DNA from: an uncultured Gammaproteobacteria bacterium | GTDB lineage: Bacteria; Patescibacteriota; Patescibacteriia; UBA9934 | Assembly (NCBI GenBank): GCA_964401485.1 | Contig: CAYNYL010000005.1 | Coordinates: forward strand, 8,158-72,157 | Reading direction: 5' to 3' | DNA: 64,000 nucleotides | Shown: positions 27,386-37,502 of the stretch, in pieces | How the letters are laid out: every line of letters starts with the position of its first letter | Position numbering within the stretch: position 1 is the stretch's first letter | The notes under the pieces: model-generated | The model's database searches: none | Seen by the model: the letters and a program-made list of their open reading frames with translations, nothing else | Told to the model about the DNA's origin: nothing | Translations under genes and position numbers: made by a program

Positions 27386-27558
27386 AGAAAACCCATTGGT
27401 AATTACCGATGGGTTATTTTGTACCCATATGTCATTTTACGACGCTCGGTTACCATAGACATGAACACATAAATTATCTTATGAAATTCAGCTAATACAA
27501 GCCAAATATCGTGGGTACGTGACGCGTGAAAATAGAGTAATGAGGGCTTATCCACACC

Positions 27559-29853
27559 GTGTGGATTGTGGTTTGGGTGTATACTTCTTGTGGTATGTTC
27601 AAAGGAGTGAGCTTTCACCACGGGCACGTATTCGCGGTGAATGTCATCGTTGGTGTACTTTCGATCGGTTTAGCACTGATCGTTATTGCGTTTGATACGC
27701 TCGCCGTGAATGCTTCGGGCGATGCGATTGTTGAGTTTTCGGGTCGAGTAATGGATGAGGAGGGAGCTCCTGTAACCGCGCCATCGCTTCAAATGGTTTT
27801 TCGACTCTATGACTCGGGTAGTAACGGGCAATGCATTTGGTCAAATTCCTCGTCCACCTGTGCTACGGCGACGCCAAGGACGGTATTCTTAACAAATGGA
27901 GTGTTTTCGGAAACCTTGGGGGATACTGCTCGAGGGTACGCATCAATGGAGGAGGTGGCTTTGAACAATTCCGAGGCGTATATCGGGCTCGTGATTGAGG
28001 GGCAGCCGGTTCGCGTCGGAGTTAACGGAGACATTTACATCACACTTCCGGACCAGTCGATCGAGGAAGAGCCTGTTGTAGAAGAGCCTGTGATTGAGGA
28101 GCCGGTGATCGAGGAACCTGTAGTCGAAGAGCCCGTCGTTGATGACCCCGGCTCAATCGAAACACCACCCGTGACCGAGCCAGGTCAGAGCAATGGAGAC
28201 GGGGGGTCGAGCGATTCGGGGACTCCAACAACCTCGACCGGTGGAAATGCTTCAGCGATAATCACGATCACGCCAAGAGTTGAGGCTGGTGGAAAGGAAC
28301 TTCCTGGCGGGGGAGTCTATCGATTGATTGAGGGGTTGCCGGTCGAACTTGTGCTAGCCTTGTCTGGCCCTGCTTCGTCTGTGCGTGTTGTGCAAAATGG
28401 AACGGAGCTCGCCGTAAGAAAAGAGTCAGACCGAATCTATCGGGCGAGACTCGCGACATCAGCTGGCGCCGTAACAGCAACCGTTGTGAGTGCGGGCGGT
28501 AAGTCGGCGGAGACGAAGTTACAAGTTGAGGCGGTTGGTGCTGGGCTGATCCGTGAAGTTGTCGGGACTGAAACGCGACCCGCCGTGGGCGCGACCGCAA
28601 CGCTCTATGAAGGAAATCTTCCATGGGTGGCGCTTTACGGTCAATCAAATCCGATCATTGTCGGTTCTGCGGGATCGGTTGGATGGCTTGTTGAGAATGG
28701 TAGTTATCGAGTGGAAATTTCTAAAGATGGATTTTTAAACGAGTCGCAGACGTTTGCAGTGACAAATGGCGTGGTTGCGCCGTCGGTCATTTTGAACGAG
28801 GATCCGCTCGCGCTTGTTGAGCCTGATGCTCCGATGGAGACGGAGCTGCCGACTGGATTTTCCGCGTCGGCGACTGAGGCGATCGCACGTGTTCGCGAAT
28901 CGATTGATGAATTTAGGTCATTGCCTGATGTACAAATTGTCGGAGACGTTGCGGTGCCGGTTGCGGTCGCATCTGCCGTTGGAGGAACGACCTCGCTTGC
29001 AACCTCGTTTAACTTGCTCCCGTATCTTCAGTATCTTTTCACATCCCCAATCTTATATATTGCTCGTCGGCGACGACGACCGTTTGGACGTGTGTACAAC
29101 GGATATACGAAAGTACCTATTTCGCTCGCGACGATACAGTTATTGAAGGACGGGAAGATCGTGAAAACAGCGGTAACGGATGAAGAGGGGCGCTTCTTTC
29201 TGCGAGCAGAGCCGGGAGAGTATACGCTTCAAGTAAAAAAACCCACCTTTACCTTCCCAAGTTCATTTGTCACATCGACCACCGACGGAGAGTATCTTGA
29301 TATTTATCGCGGTGAGACTCTTCGCGTTACCGAAGAGAATATTTTCGTGGCGCCAAATATTCCGGTTGATCACATTGAAGCGAACGCTATTTCAATCGAG
29401 CGGAAACAAAGAGTTAAGCACGTATTCAGAATCCTTCAGCGATTTGTTGCGGTGCTGGGGGTACTCCTCGCGTTATTCGGACTTGTTGTAAATCAAAACA
29501 TAGCAAGTCTCCTTGTCTTTGGACTTCAATTTGTTGTTCTTGTTGTGACACTTATTCTTTCGAGGCCAAAACGGCTTAAGGGGTGGGCAACGGTAACTGA
29601 TGGAGCAACCAAGGCTCCGATTGCGAATGCGGTAGTTCGACTCTTTGAGCCGACTTACAATAAGCTTCTTGAAACGACGGTCACGGATCGTTTTGGACGG
29701 TACGCGTTTGTTGTCGGGCCTAATAGCTACTACCTTACCGCTTCGGCTCCTGGCTATGCGGAAGGCTCCATTCGTTCGATTGATCGATCAGTAATGAAAC
29801 AGGTAGATACGCTTGCTGTTGACATCGCTTTGCAACAGTCCGTTTCGACCTAG
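27559..29853 (+). CDS. Large membrane/surface protein with a signal anchor, an (EEPVx) tandem repeat, carboxypeptidase-regulatory-like beta-sandwich domains and internal TM helices
   Basis: MFKGVSFHHGHVFAVNVIVGVLSIGLALIV is anchor-like. The repeats read EEPVVEEPVIEEPVIEEPVVEEPVV. VTDEEGRFFLRAEPGEYTL and TVTDRFGRYAFVVGPNSYYLTASAPGY look like CarboxypepD_reg. Confidence 0.6.
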   Translation: MWIVVWVYTSCGMFKGVSFHHGHVFAVNVIVGVLSIGLALIVIAFDTLAVNASGDAIVEFSGRVMDEEGAPVTAPSLQMVFRLYDSGSNGQCIWSNSSSTCATATPRTVFLTNGVFSETLGDTARGYASMEEVALNNSEAYIGLVIEGQPVRVGVNGDIYITLPDQSIEEEPVVEEPVIEEPVIEEPVVEEPVVDDPGSIETPPVTEPGQSNGDGGSSDSGTPTTSTGGNASAIITITPRVEAGGKELPGGGVYRLIEGLPVELVLALSGPASSVRVVQNGTELAVRKESDRIYRARLATSAGAVTATVVSAGGKSAETKLQVEAVGAGLIREVVGTETRPAVGATATLYEGNLPWVALYGQSNPIIVGSAGSVGWLVENGSYRVEISKDGFLNESQTFAVTNGVVAPSVILNEDPLALVEPDAPMETELPTGFSASATEAIARVRESIDEFRSLPDVQIVGDVAVPVAVASAVGGTTSLATSFNLLPYLQYLFTSPILYIARRRRRPFGRVYNGYTKVPISLATIQLLKDGKIVKTAVTDEEGRFFLRAEPGEYTLQVKKPTFTFPSSFVTSTTDGEYLDIYRGETLRVTEENIFVAPNIPVDHIEANAISIERKQRVKHVFRILQRFVAVLGVLLALFGLVVNQNIASLLVFGLQFVVLVVTLILSRPKRLKGWATVTDGATKAPIANAVVRLFEPTYNKLLETTVTDRFGRYAFVVGPNSYYLTASAPGYAEGSIRSIDRSVMKQVDTLAVDIALQQSVST
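28066..28140 (+). repeat. Five tandem 15-bp imperfect repeats (gaagagcctgttgta units) encoding EEPV(V/I)
   Basis: Read directly in the sequence. Confidence 0.8.
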
Positions 29854-29887
29854 CCAAGAATTCGTTTTTCGCCTACAATCCGCCTAT

Positions 29888-30964
29888 ATGTTGAAAGTAG
29901 GGATTGTCGGGCTTCCGAATGTTGGAAAATCAACGCTGTTTACCGCTTTGACGAAAAAACAAGTGGATGCAGCGAATTTTCCGTTTTGTACGATTGAGCC
30001 GAACGTCGGAATTGTGGAAGTGCCGGATTCCCGACTTGAGTCTCTCTCGGCGATTTCAAAGTCTGGACGGATTATTCCGACAGCTATCGAGTTCGTAGAT
30101 ATTGCGGGCCTCGTAAAAGGTGCGCACTCGGGCGAGGGACTTGGAAACCAATTTCTCGCCAATATTCGAGAAACAGACATGATTTTGCACGTCGTTCGCG
30201 ACTTTAAAAATGATGACATTATTCACGTGGATGGATCTGTTGATCCCGGTCGTGATGTCGGAGTTATCGAGACGGAGCTGATCATGGCCGACCTTTCGAC
30301 GGTTGAAAAGCGCCTTAGCGCGATCGAACGAAAGGCAGAGGCGACCAAGGATAAGCTTCTTCTTCGACAGGTAGGTGCGCTGAAAAAATGGCAGGCGCAG
30401 CTCGTGAAGGGACTCTTTGCATCAACCGCGGAACTGAATGATGAAGAAGTTGAGGTGCGGAAAGAATTTGCTCTTTTGACCGACAAACCGATTTTGTATG
30501 TTGTGAATGTAAGTGAAGAGACGATTACCTCGGGCGACTTTGTCTCGCCACTCGGTCCTGAGAGAGAAGCGATTCCGATTTCTGTAAAGATCGAGGCGGA
30601 GCTCGCGGGTATGTCAAAAGAGGATGCGAAGGAAATGCTCGCAGAATTCGGACTTAAAGAATCCGGACTTGATCAGGTGATTCGACGTGCTTACGAAATT
30701 CTACAACTCGTTACGTATTTTACGAGTGGGGAAATGGAAACCCGGGCTTGGACAGTGAAGAAGGGAACGAAGGCGCCACAGGCGGCCGGAGTGATTCATA
30801 CCGATTTTGAAAAGGCGTTTATTCGGGCGGAAGTCGCGAGCTTTGACGCGTTTGTTTCAGCGGGCGGTTGGCCAGGAACACGCGCGAATGGAACGATGCG
30901 TGTTGAAGGGAAGGAGTACGTGATGCAAGATGGCGACGTGTGTTTCTTTAAGATTGGCGCATAG
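29888..30964 (+). CDS. ychF: Ribosome-binding ATPase YchF (Obg-family GTPase)
   Basis: [15 protein letters not shown]1 motif and a C-terminal TGS domain. Start set at the ATG at 29888 (MLKVGIVGL). Confidence 0.9.
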   Translation: MLKVGIVGLPNVGKSTLFTALTKKQVDAANFPFCTIEPNVGIVEVPDSRLESLSAISKSGRIIPTAIEFVDIAGLVKGAHSGEGLGNQFLANIRETDMILHVVRDFKNDDIIHVDGSVDPGRDVGVIETELIMADLSTVEKRLSAIERKAEATKDKLLLRQVGALKKWQAQLVKGLFASTAELNDEEVEVRKEFALLTDKPILYVVNVSEETITSGDFVSPLGPEREAIPISVKIEAELAGMSKEDAKEMLAEFGLKESGLDQVIRRAYEILQLVTYFTSGEMETRAWTVKKGTKAPQAAGVIHTDFEKAFIRAEVASFDAFVSAGGWPGTRANGTMRVEGKEYVMQDGDVCFFKIGA

Positions 30965-30967
30965 AAA

Positions 30968-30995
30968 AAGACGACCCGGAGGTCGTCTCGTTGTC
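30968..30995 (+). terminator. Hairpin terminator (GACGACC-cgga-GGTCGTC)
   Basis: Read directly in the sequence. Confidence 0.55.
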
Positions 30996-31014
30996 GCGGA
31001 GAAGTGAGCTCGGC

Positions 31015-31176
31015 TCACTCTTCGTCGACTTCGTCGTTGTAGCTCGGTAGCATTGCTGCGCCGATCAGCGCGAGGACCACCGCGAACAGGGTGATCTCCC
31101 ACCGGGTAAACCAGTGGGCGTTCAGGTGATTCGCAAGCTCGGCCTCGAGGCCGTTCCAACCAGTCATGGCGAACAT
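31015..31176 (-). CDS. 53-aa single-TM microprotein, GC3-biased
   Basis: GGAGGA lies 6 nt upstream of the ATG (MFAMTGWNGLE...). The hydrophobic helix is ITLFAVVLALIGAAML, followed by an acidic tail. About 80% of third positions are G/C. Confidence 0.4.
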   Translation of the reverse strand: MFAMTGWNGLEAELANHLNAHWFTRWEITLFAVVLALIGAAMLPSYNDEVDEE

Positions 31177-31282
31177 AGGTCCTCCACTTCCAGAAGTGTG
31201 GCACCGCAACTAGGAAAATCCTAGCGCAAATGACCAGCATTTATACCATACATTAGCTGAAAAGTCAAGGCAAATGCCTTGA

Positions 31283-32446
31283 CTAATTTGTAAATCGAAG
31301 AAGGCGGCGCGCAACGAATTGGTTGTCGCGTTTATAAAGGAGATTTGAGGAGGATTTGTCAAAAGTATAGCCAAGATCCATAAGAATCTTTGGTGTGTTT
31401 GGCTCGATTTCGGTCGTTCCAAGGAGGTGGACCGGATTTGCGATGACGAGGCGAGCGCCCGGATTAAGGATGTTGCGTAGCCCGGCGAAGCTTTCTTTAT
31501 ATAAATGTTCGAGGTCGGCGACTTGTTCTCGGACTTGTTCGAGAGATTCCGTGCCCTGCCTTGGTGTTCCAAGGAACGGTTCGGTTACGATCGCGTCGAC
31601 GGGTTGCGAAATAAGAAGATGAGCGTGTGATGCTTTTGTGTGGTGGAGCTCGACCTCGCCGATTTCATAGCCCTTTTCGTTCAGCCACGTGAGGTTATTG
31701 TCTGTTTGATAGAGCGCTTTTTCGGAGATGTCACTTCCAATGAGGGTGAAGCCAAGGAGTCCCGCCTCCATAAGCGTTGTTCCTGATCCGCAAAATGGAT
31801 CAAGAAGAACTCCGCCCTGGAGTCCAGAGAGGTTTACCATCATGCGGGCGAGTTTTGGTGGGAGCATTCCGTTTTTCGCATCGCGCCACGGCCGGGCCAT
31901 ATCGCGGAATGACCAATCGTCTGGATTTTGCGACGAAGCGGTTTCGCCGATGTAGATTTGTTTCTCTGTGGCGAAAAACACGAACTCCTGGCCATTTGAG
32001 AGCAGTTTGTTGTGATAGATGGAGGCGGAAGAGAGGATTGGTTCTCCTTTTTTGTTGATAATACGTACGTTAATGCCCTCTTCCTTTAGGCGCCTCTTCG
32101 TTTCAAGAAGAGCCGGCAAAATGACTGCCTCAAGGTTTTTACGAGCCTTTTCGTCCCCGCCCGGATAGATACTGGCGCCAACAAGGTGCTTTCCAGTTGG
32201 ATTTCCCTGTGAAATAAAGAGTGCAAGTAGGTCGATGAGTTCTTCGCGATCCACTTTTGATACGCTCGCGTGAACAACTCCGAGCTTTTGAACTCCGCCT
32301 AGGCGTTCCCCGAGGGTTTCGAGGTTCTTGAGATTTGCGAAAAATGCCGTCTGACCATGAACAAAATCAGGCTTTTCGCCTGTTTGCGCTTCGATTTCCG
32401 CAAGCGAGATTTGGGGGTGTGAGCCAAGGATGGCAAATGAAAACAT
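31283..32446 (-). CDS. Class I SAM-dependent RNA methyltransferase (Trm11/RlmL-like)
   Basis: Motif I LLDPFCGSGTTLMEAG and a motif IV-like IVTEPFLG. The start is set at the internal Met (MFSFAILGSHPQISLAEIEA), which matches the family N-terminus. Confidence 0.65.
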   Translation of the reverse strand: MFSFAILGSHPQISLAEIEAQTGEKPDFVHGQTAFFANLKNLETLGERLGGVQKLGVVHASVSKVDREELIDLLALFISQGNPTGKHLVGASIYPGGDEKARKNLEAVILPALLETKRRLKEEGINVRIINKKGEPILSSASIYHNKLLSNGQEFVFFATEKQIYIGETASSQNPDDWSFRDMARPWRDAKNGMLPPKLARMMVNLSGLQGGVLLDPFCGSGTTLMEAGLLGFTLIGSDISEKALYQTDNNLTWLNEKGYEIGEVELHHTKASHAHLLISQPVDAIVTEPFLGTPRQGTESLEQVREQVADLEHLYKESFAGLRNILNPGARLVIANPVHLLGTTEIEPNTPKILMDLGYTFDKSSSNLLYKRDNQFVARRLLRFTN

Positions 32447-32474
32447 AGGTGCAGTATAGAGAATAGTCGGATAA

Positions 32475-32503
32475 TTGACAAAAACAAGGGAAAAAGCTAC
32501 ACT
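32475..32503 (+). promoter_or_regulatory. Sigma70-like promoter TTGACA-N17-TACACT upstream of rpsF
   Basis: Read directly in the sequence. Confidence 0.55.
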
Positions 32504-32565
32504 TCCGCTACTAATTATTAACTTGTCCATGGCCAAAGGCCGTCCCCTCGGGGACCAAGTCAACT

Positions 32566-33045
32566 ATGATTTACGAAATCATGTACATTGTGCCTTCAAA
32601 GTTCTCTGATTCAGAGATCACGACGGTACAACAAACGGTTGATTCCCTCTTCAAGAAACACGGAGCGGAAATCAAGAAGGTGGAAAACCTCGGAAAGCTC
32701 AAGTTCGCTTATCCGATCAAGACCTTCACACACGGAACCTACCTCCTCACCTATATCGAGGTTGAAGGAACAAACGTTGCGGCGATCGATCAAGAGCTTC
32801 GCCTCGCTCCTGAAGTGCTCCGACACTTGATCATTAAGCGAGAGAAGGGAATCCCAACGTTCGCTTATCAGCTCACCGCTTATCAAGCGCCTCTTTCTCC
32901 AGAAGGAAAGCGAATGAATAAGAAGGGAGGCGTAGACAAAGTAACTCCGGTGAAACTCGAAACAGCGACGGATGATTCAACTCCTGAGCAAATCGATGAG
33001 AAACTTGATGAAATCCTAGATGGTGCTATTGTCGAAGATGTCTAA
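32566..33045 (+). CDS. rpsF: 30S ribosomal protein S6 (with a C-terminal extension)
   Basis: N-terminal YEIMYIV...HGAEI..ENLGKLKFAYPI is canonical S6. Confidence 0.85.
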   Translation: MIYEIMYIVPSKFSDSEITTVQQTVDSLFKKHGAEIKKVENLGKLKFAYPIKTFTHGTYLLTYIEVEGTNVAAIDQELRLAPEVLRHLIIKREKGIPTFAYQLTAYQAPLSPEGKRMNKKGGVDKVTPVKLETATDDSTPEQIDEKLDEILDGAIVEDV

Positions 33046-33056
33046 ACATCACATCT

Positions 33057-33494
33057 ATGGCAGGATCACTCAACAAAGTCCAAATTATCGGAAACCTAAC
33101 GCGCGACCCGGAACTTAAGCAAACGACCTCTGGTCAAAATGTTTGCACAGTCGGGGTAGCGACGAATCGAACCTGGAATAATGCCAGCGGAGAAAAACAA
33201 GAGCAAACCGAGTTCCACAATGTGGTTGCTTGGGGAAAGCTTGCGGAGATCTGTGCGCAGTACCTCCAAAAGGGTAAGAAAGTGTATTTCGATGGACGAC
33301 TTCAAACACGAGACTGGGAAGGGCAGGATGGTGTGCGACGGTACCGAACCGAAATTATCGCCGAGAATATGATTATGCTCGACGGTCAACGGGGAGGTGG
33401 TGGGCAGGGATTTGGTGGATCATCCCCAATGACGAACGACGCCCCGCCGGCGATGAACGACGAAGAGATCCGCATAGAGGATATTCCATTCTAA
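33057..33494 (+). CDS. ssb: Single-stranded DNA-binding protein
   Basis: OB fold, a Gly-rich linker and the C-terminal acidic DIPF tip. Confidence 0.9.
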   Translation: MAGSLNKVQIIGNLTRDPELKQTTSGQNVCTVGVATNRTWNNASGEKQEQTEFHNVVAWGKLAEICAQYLQKGKKVYFDGRLQTRDWEGQDGVRRYRTEIIAENMIMLDGQRGGGGQGFGGSSPMTNDAPPAMNDEEIRIEDIPF

Positions 33495-33498
33495 ACTT

Positions 33499-33729
33499 AT
33501 GTCTAAGCAACAAACAATTACAACAGGAAAGAAGCACTGCTTCTTCGCAACCCACAAGGATGTCGTGATCGACTACAAGAACACGGAAATCTTGAAGCGA
33601 TACGTTTCTTCCTTCGGAAAAATTGTTCCACGAAAGCGATCGGGTGTGAGCGCAAAGCCACAACGACAACTCGCTCTTGCGATCAAGCAAGCACGATTCA
33701 TGGGACTTCTTCCATTCGTAGTGCGATAA
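33499..33729 (+). CDS. rpsR: 30S ribosomal protein S18
   Basis: Canonical S18 (KKHCFFATHKDVVIDYKN...RQLALAIKQARFMGLLP). Confidence 0.9.
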   Translation: MSKQQTITTGKKHCFFATHKDVVIDYKNTEILKRYVSSFGKIVPRKRSGVSAKPQRQLALAIKQARFMGLLPFVVR

Positions 33730-33763
33730 TGAAAGGCGGGCGAAAGCCCGTTTTTCTGTCCAT

Positions 33764-34597
33764 ATGATGTCAAAAGAAGATCGATTAATGAGAATTCGGT
33801 ATTGGACCGAGATCGAACGAGACGTTCGAGCGTTTTTTACGGCGCGGGGATTTTTAGAGGTACGCGCGCCGATTCTCGTCGCGTCGCCCGGCATGGAGCC
33901 GAACCTCACTCCTTTTGAGACAACGCTTAAACTTGTTCATCCAAAACGCGAATCTACACTTGGGCTTATTACTTCTCCCGAGTACAGTATGAAGAAGCTC
34001 ATTGGAAGTGGGGTGGAGAAGGCGTTTACAATTACCCCGGTGTTTCGTAACGAAGAAGGGACGGATGGGCGCCATTTGCCGGAGTTTGTGATGCTCGAAT
34101 GGTACGCTCCAGGAGGGTTTGAGGAGTTGATGAATGAGACCGAAGAGCTTCTTAACACGCTCCTGCAAAGTCACGCTCCTTTTGATCGAATTCGGTATGA
34201 GGACGCGCGTGTTGATGGAACCGGAACGCCAAATCCTGAAAGCACTCGATTTTTCATCACCCACTTTCCGAAAGATCAAGCCGCGCTCGCGCGTGTTGGA
34301 GAGGATGGCTCGGCCGAACGATTCGAGAGTTATGTTGATGGGCTCGAACTCACCAACGGTTTTTGCGAGCTGATTGATCCGGCAGAGCAACGACGACGTT
34401 TTGAACAAGAGGCGTCAGAAAGGAGAGTGGAAGGAAAAACCGTTTTCCCGATTGATGAGGGCTTGTTGACGGCGCTTTCCTCGATTAAAACGTCCTATTA
34501 TGGGAATGCGCTCGGGCTTGACCGAGTCCTTATGGTCAAGTACCGTAAGAGCGATATTAATGATGTGCAGGTCTTTCCTGCCGATGAACGTTACTAA
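33764..34597 (+). CDS. epmA: EF-P lysine beta-lysyltransferase EpmA (GenX/PoxA, a truncated class II LysRS paralog)
   Basis: LMRIRYWTEIERDVRAFFTARGFLEVRAPIL shows class II aaRS motifs, and the protein lacks an anticodon-binding domain. It lies directly upstream of efp. Confidence 0.8.
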   Translation: MMSKEDRLMRIRYWTEIERDVRAFFTARGFLEVRAPILVASPGMEPNLTPFETTLKLVHPKRESTLGLITSPEYSMKKLIGSGVEKAFTITPVFRNEEGTDGRHLPEFVMLEWYAPGGFEELMNETEELLNTLLQSHAPFDRIRYEDARVDGTGTPNPESTRFFITHFPKDQAALARVGEDGSAERFESYVDGLELTNGFCELIDPAEQRRRFEQEASERRVEGKTVFPIDEGLLTALSSIKTSYYGNALGLDRVLMVKYRKSDINDVQVFPADERY

Positions 34598-34599
34598 CT

Positions 34600-35166
34600 A
34601 TGGCAAGTCCAAATGATATTAAAAAAGGAACGGTAATTAACCTCGATGGCGATCTTTGGGTTGTCGTTTCGTTCCAACGTGTTTCGCCGGGAAAGGGAAG
34701 CTCGTTTGTCCGAACGCGAATTAAGTCGCTTTCAAGCGGAAAAGTTGTTGAAAATAACTTCAAAGCTTCCGAATCCCTTACCTTCGAACAGGTCCAATAT
34801 AAGAAAATGTCCTACATCTTTGGGGATGAGAACATGCTTACGTTCATGGATGGGATGACCTATGAGCAAGTCGCGATGGGACGAGATCTTGTTGGAGAAG
34901 ATGCTCGGTACTTGAAAGAGGGCCTTGAAGTCATGGTCGCGATGCATAACGGAAACGCGATTGCGATGGAGCTTCCGCAAAAGATTGAGTATACGATTAC
35001 AGCGACGACCCCTGCGGTAAAAGGGGATACGACCTCGGGAAATGTACAAAAAGACGCGGAGGTGGATAATGGGATGACGGTTCGGGTCCCAATCTTTATC
35101 AAAGAAGGTGATGTGATCAAGATCAACACCACTTCGGGTGAATACGTCGAGCGCGTACAAAGCTAA
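34600..35166 (+). CDS. efp: Elongation factor P
   Basis: Canonical EF-P. The modification loop reads SPGKGSS, with the conserved Lys. Confidence 0.9.
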   Translation: MASPNDIKKGTVINLDGDLWVVVSFQRVSPGKGSSFVRTRIKSLSSGKVVENNFKASESLTFEQVQYKKMSYIFGDENMLTFMDGMTYEQVAMGRDLVGEDARYLKEGLEVMVAMHNGNAIAMELPQKIEYTITATTPAVKGDTTSGNVQKDAEVDNGMTVRVPIFIKEGDVIKINTTSGEYVERVQS

Positions 35167-35219
35167 ACAAAAGATCCGCCTTTTTCCTCGGCGGATTTTT
35201 TGATACACTGTTTCCATCT

Positions 35220-37493
35220 ATGGCAAGACGAAGGCGCGGAGGGCGGGGAAGAAGTCGGTTCTCCTCTTTTGAAGGACTATCGGTTTCGGAAGGAGTGAGA
35301 CAAAGTATCATCGCCGTTGTGATTGCTGCGGTCGGAGTTTTTGCCTTTCTTGCGTATCTCGGGGTGGCTGGAACGGTTGGGTCGGCGGTTGATGATCTGA
35401 TTGCTCTGCTATTTGGATGGAACCGTTGGATTGTAGCGCTGTATATTTTTATCATCGGAGGCATTCTCGCTTTTCCGCAACGGTTCCAATTTTCTTGGCT
35501 AAACGTTCTTGGGGCGATTTGCTTCTTTCTTGGATTCAATGGCTTGATGAATATCGTTTTTCTTGACATGCCGTTTACCCCTGACACGCTTTCGGGGACG
35601 GGTGGGTATATTGGACTTCCGATTTCGGCGACGCTATCGACACTTATTGGCGTCGCGGGAGCGGTTTTGACCTCCATCGCCCTACTTTTGGTGTCTATTG
35701 TTCTTTTGTTCAACACGTCGCTCTCGACTCTCGTTTCGGCGCCTGTTGCCGTTCTTCGACGTCGATCAAGCGAGGAAGAAGATGACGAAGAAGAGGATGA
35801 GATGATTTATGGTGACGATGAAGTAGAGGAGGAAGTTGAAGAGGAGGAGGATGAAGAAATTGAGACAGATGAGGATGAAGAGCTAGCTCCTTCGAAGAAA
35901 GCGGTGAAGGGCTATGAACCTCCTCCTGAAGAGTCGGTTATGACGACACGTAGTCGTCGTACAATGTCGATTCCGGTTGATCTACTCGACGATAAAAGTT
36001 CTGAGGCGAAATCGGGAGATATTGAGCGCAATACTGAGATTATTCGAAAAACCTTCGAGAACTTTAATATTGAAGTGGAGATGACGGATGTGAAAGTTGG
36101 GCCTGCGGTCACGCAATACGCGCTTCGCCCGGCGCAGGGAGTAAAGCTCTCACGTGTTGTTGCTCTTCAAAATGATTTGGCACTTGCGCTTGCTGCCCAC
36201 CCTATTCGTGTCGAAGCTCCAATTCCTGGAAAATCACAAGTTGGAATCGAGGTTCCAAACCACACGGTCGGAAAAGTGTGTCTTCGTGAGTTAATTGTGT
36301 CGAAAGAATTTAAAGAAAGTAAGAGTGAGGTCACCGCACCGCTTGGAAAGGATGTTGGAGGGGCCGTTGTTACCTTCGCGGTCGATAAGGCGCCGCATAC
36401 CCTCGTTGCTGGAGCGACCGGTTCTGGAAAGTCCGTTTGTCTTAATACGATCATCGTTTCCTTGCTCTATCAAAATGGTCCGGATGACCTTAAGTTCATC
36501 ATGGTTGACCCGAAGCGGGTTGAGCTCGGGCGATATGAAGGGATTCCACATCTTCTCGTCCCGCCAATTACGAAAGTAGAAGAGGCTATCAATGCCTTGA
36601 AATGGGGCGTGCGGGAAATGGAACGTCGGCTCGACCATCTTGCGAAGGCGCGAGCGCGCGATATTGATGCGTATAATGAAAAGAGCAAGGAGCGAATGCC
36701 GAAAATTGTTATCGTGATCGATGAGCTTGCCGATTTGATGAGTCAAAATAAACGAGATGTCGAGGCGGTTGTTGTGCGTATCGCGCAAATGGCTCGTGCT
36801 GCAGGAATCCATTTGATTCTTGCGACGCAACGACCTTCGGTAGACGTTATCACGGGTACGATTAAGGCAAATATTCCAACCCGAATGGCCTTTGCTGTTG
36901 CCTCTCAAGTTGATTCAAAAACGATTCTTGATATCTCTGGCGCTGAAAAGCTTCTCGGTCGTGGAGACATGCTTCTTTCCTCACCTTCATTCTCGAAACC
37001 AAAGCGTCTTCAAGGAGCCTATGTTTCAGATGCTGAAATCGACCGTATTGTTGATTTCTTGAAGAAAGAAGGGACCCCTGACTATAACTATCAAATTACG
37101 GAGGACACAAGAACCGGAGGAACCGCCTTCTCTTCTGAGGATTCGGATCCAATGCTCGAGGATGCGATCGCCGTGGCGATTGAAGCAGAGCGTGTCTCCA
37201 CATCATACCTCCAGCGCCGGTTGAAGCTTGGTTACTCGCGTGCTGCACGTATTATCGATTTGATGGAACAAATGGGCGTTGTCGGTCCTGCTTCGGGATC
37301 GAAGCCTCGTGAGGTGCTTGTATCCGAATGGCCTCCGGAGAGCGAGCGAGAAGAGGAGTCGGATGAGGACAGCGAAGAGGAGGAGGCGAGCGATGAGTCT
37401 GAGGGGGAAGAATTTGATGAAGTGCTTGAAGAACTCGATGATGTTCCTGATGAGGATTTTGATGAAGATGACGAAGAGAGTGAACGGGGGTAG
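35220..37493 (+). CDS. ftsK: DNA translocase FtsK/SpoIIIE with poly-acidic N-linker and C-terminal tails
   Basis: N-terminal TM helices, Walker A GATGSGKSVCLN, and a C-terminal gamma-like domain. EEEDDEEEDE runs are present. Confidence 0.9.
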   Translation: MARRRRGGRGRSRFSSFEGLSVSEGVRQSIIAVVIAAVGVFAFLAYLGVAGTVGSAVDDLIALLFGWNRWIVALYIFIIGGILAFPQRFQFSWLNVLGAICFFLGFNGLMNIVFLDMPFTPDTLSGTGGYIGLPISATLSTLIGVAGAVLTSIALLLVSIVLLFNTSLSTLVSAPVAVLRRRSSEEEDDEEEDEMIYGDDEVEEEVEEEEDEEIETDEDEELAPSKKAVKGYEPPPEESVMTTRSRRTMSIPVDLLDDKSSEAKSGDIERNTEIIRKTFENFNIEVEMTDVKVGPAVTQYALRPAQGVKLSRVVALQNDLALALAAHPIRVEAPIPGKSQVGIEVPNHTVGKVCLRELIVSKEFKESKSEVTAPLGKDVGGAVVTFAVDKAPHTLVAGATGSGKSVCLNTIIVSLLYQNGPDDLKFIMVDPKRVELGRYEGIPHLLVPPITKVEEAINALKWGVREMERRLDHLAKARARDIDAYNEKSKERMPKIVIVIDELADLMSQNKRDVEAVVVRIAQMARAAGIHLILATQRPSVDVITGTIKANIPTRMAFAVASQVDSKTILDISGAEKLLGRGDMLLSSPSFSKPKRLQGAYVSDAEIDRIVDFLKKEGTPDYNYQITEDTRTGGTAFSSEDSDPMLEDAIAVAIEAERVSTSYLQRRLKLGYSRAARIIDLMEQMGVVGPASGSKPREVLVSEWPPESEREEESDEDSEEEEASDESEGEEFDEVLEELDDVPDEDFDEDDEESERG

Positions 37494-37502
37494 AGTAAGG
37501 GT

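Noticed and set aside
27177-27386. 69-aa minus-strand ORF
   Set aside because: It is antisense to tRNA-Arg(CCT) and the rmuC 5' end.
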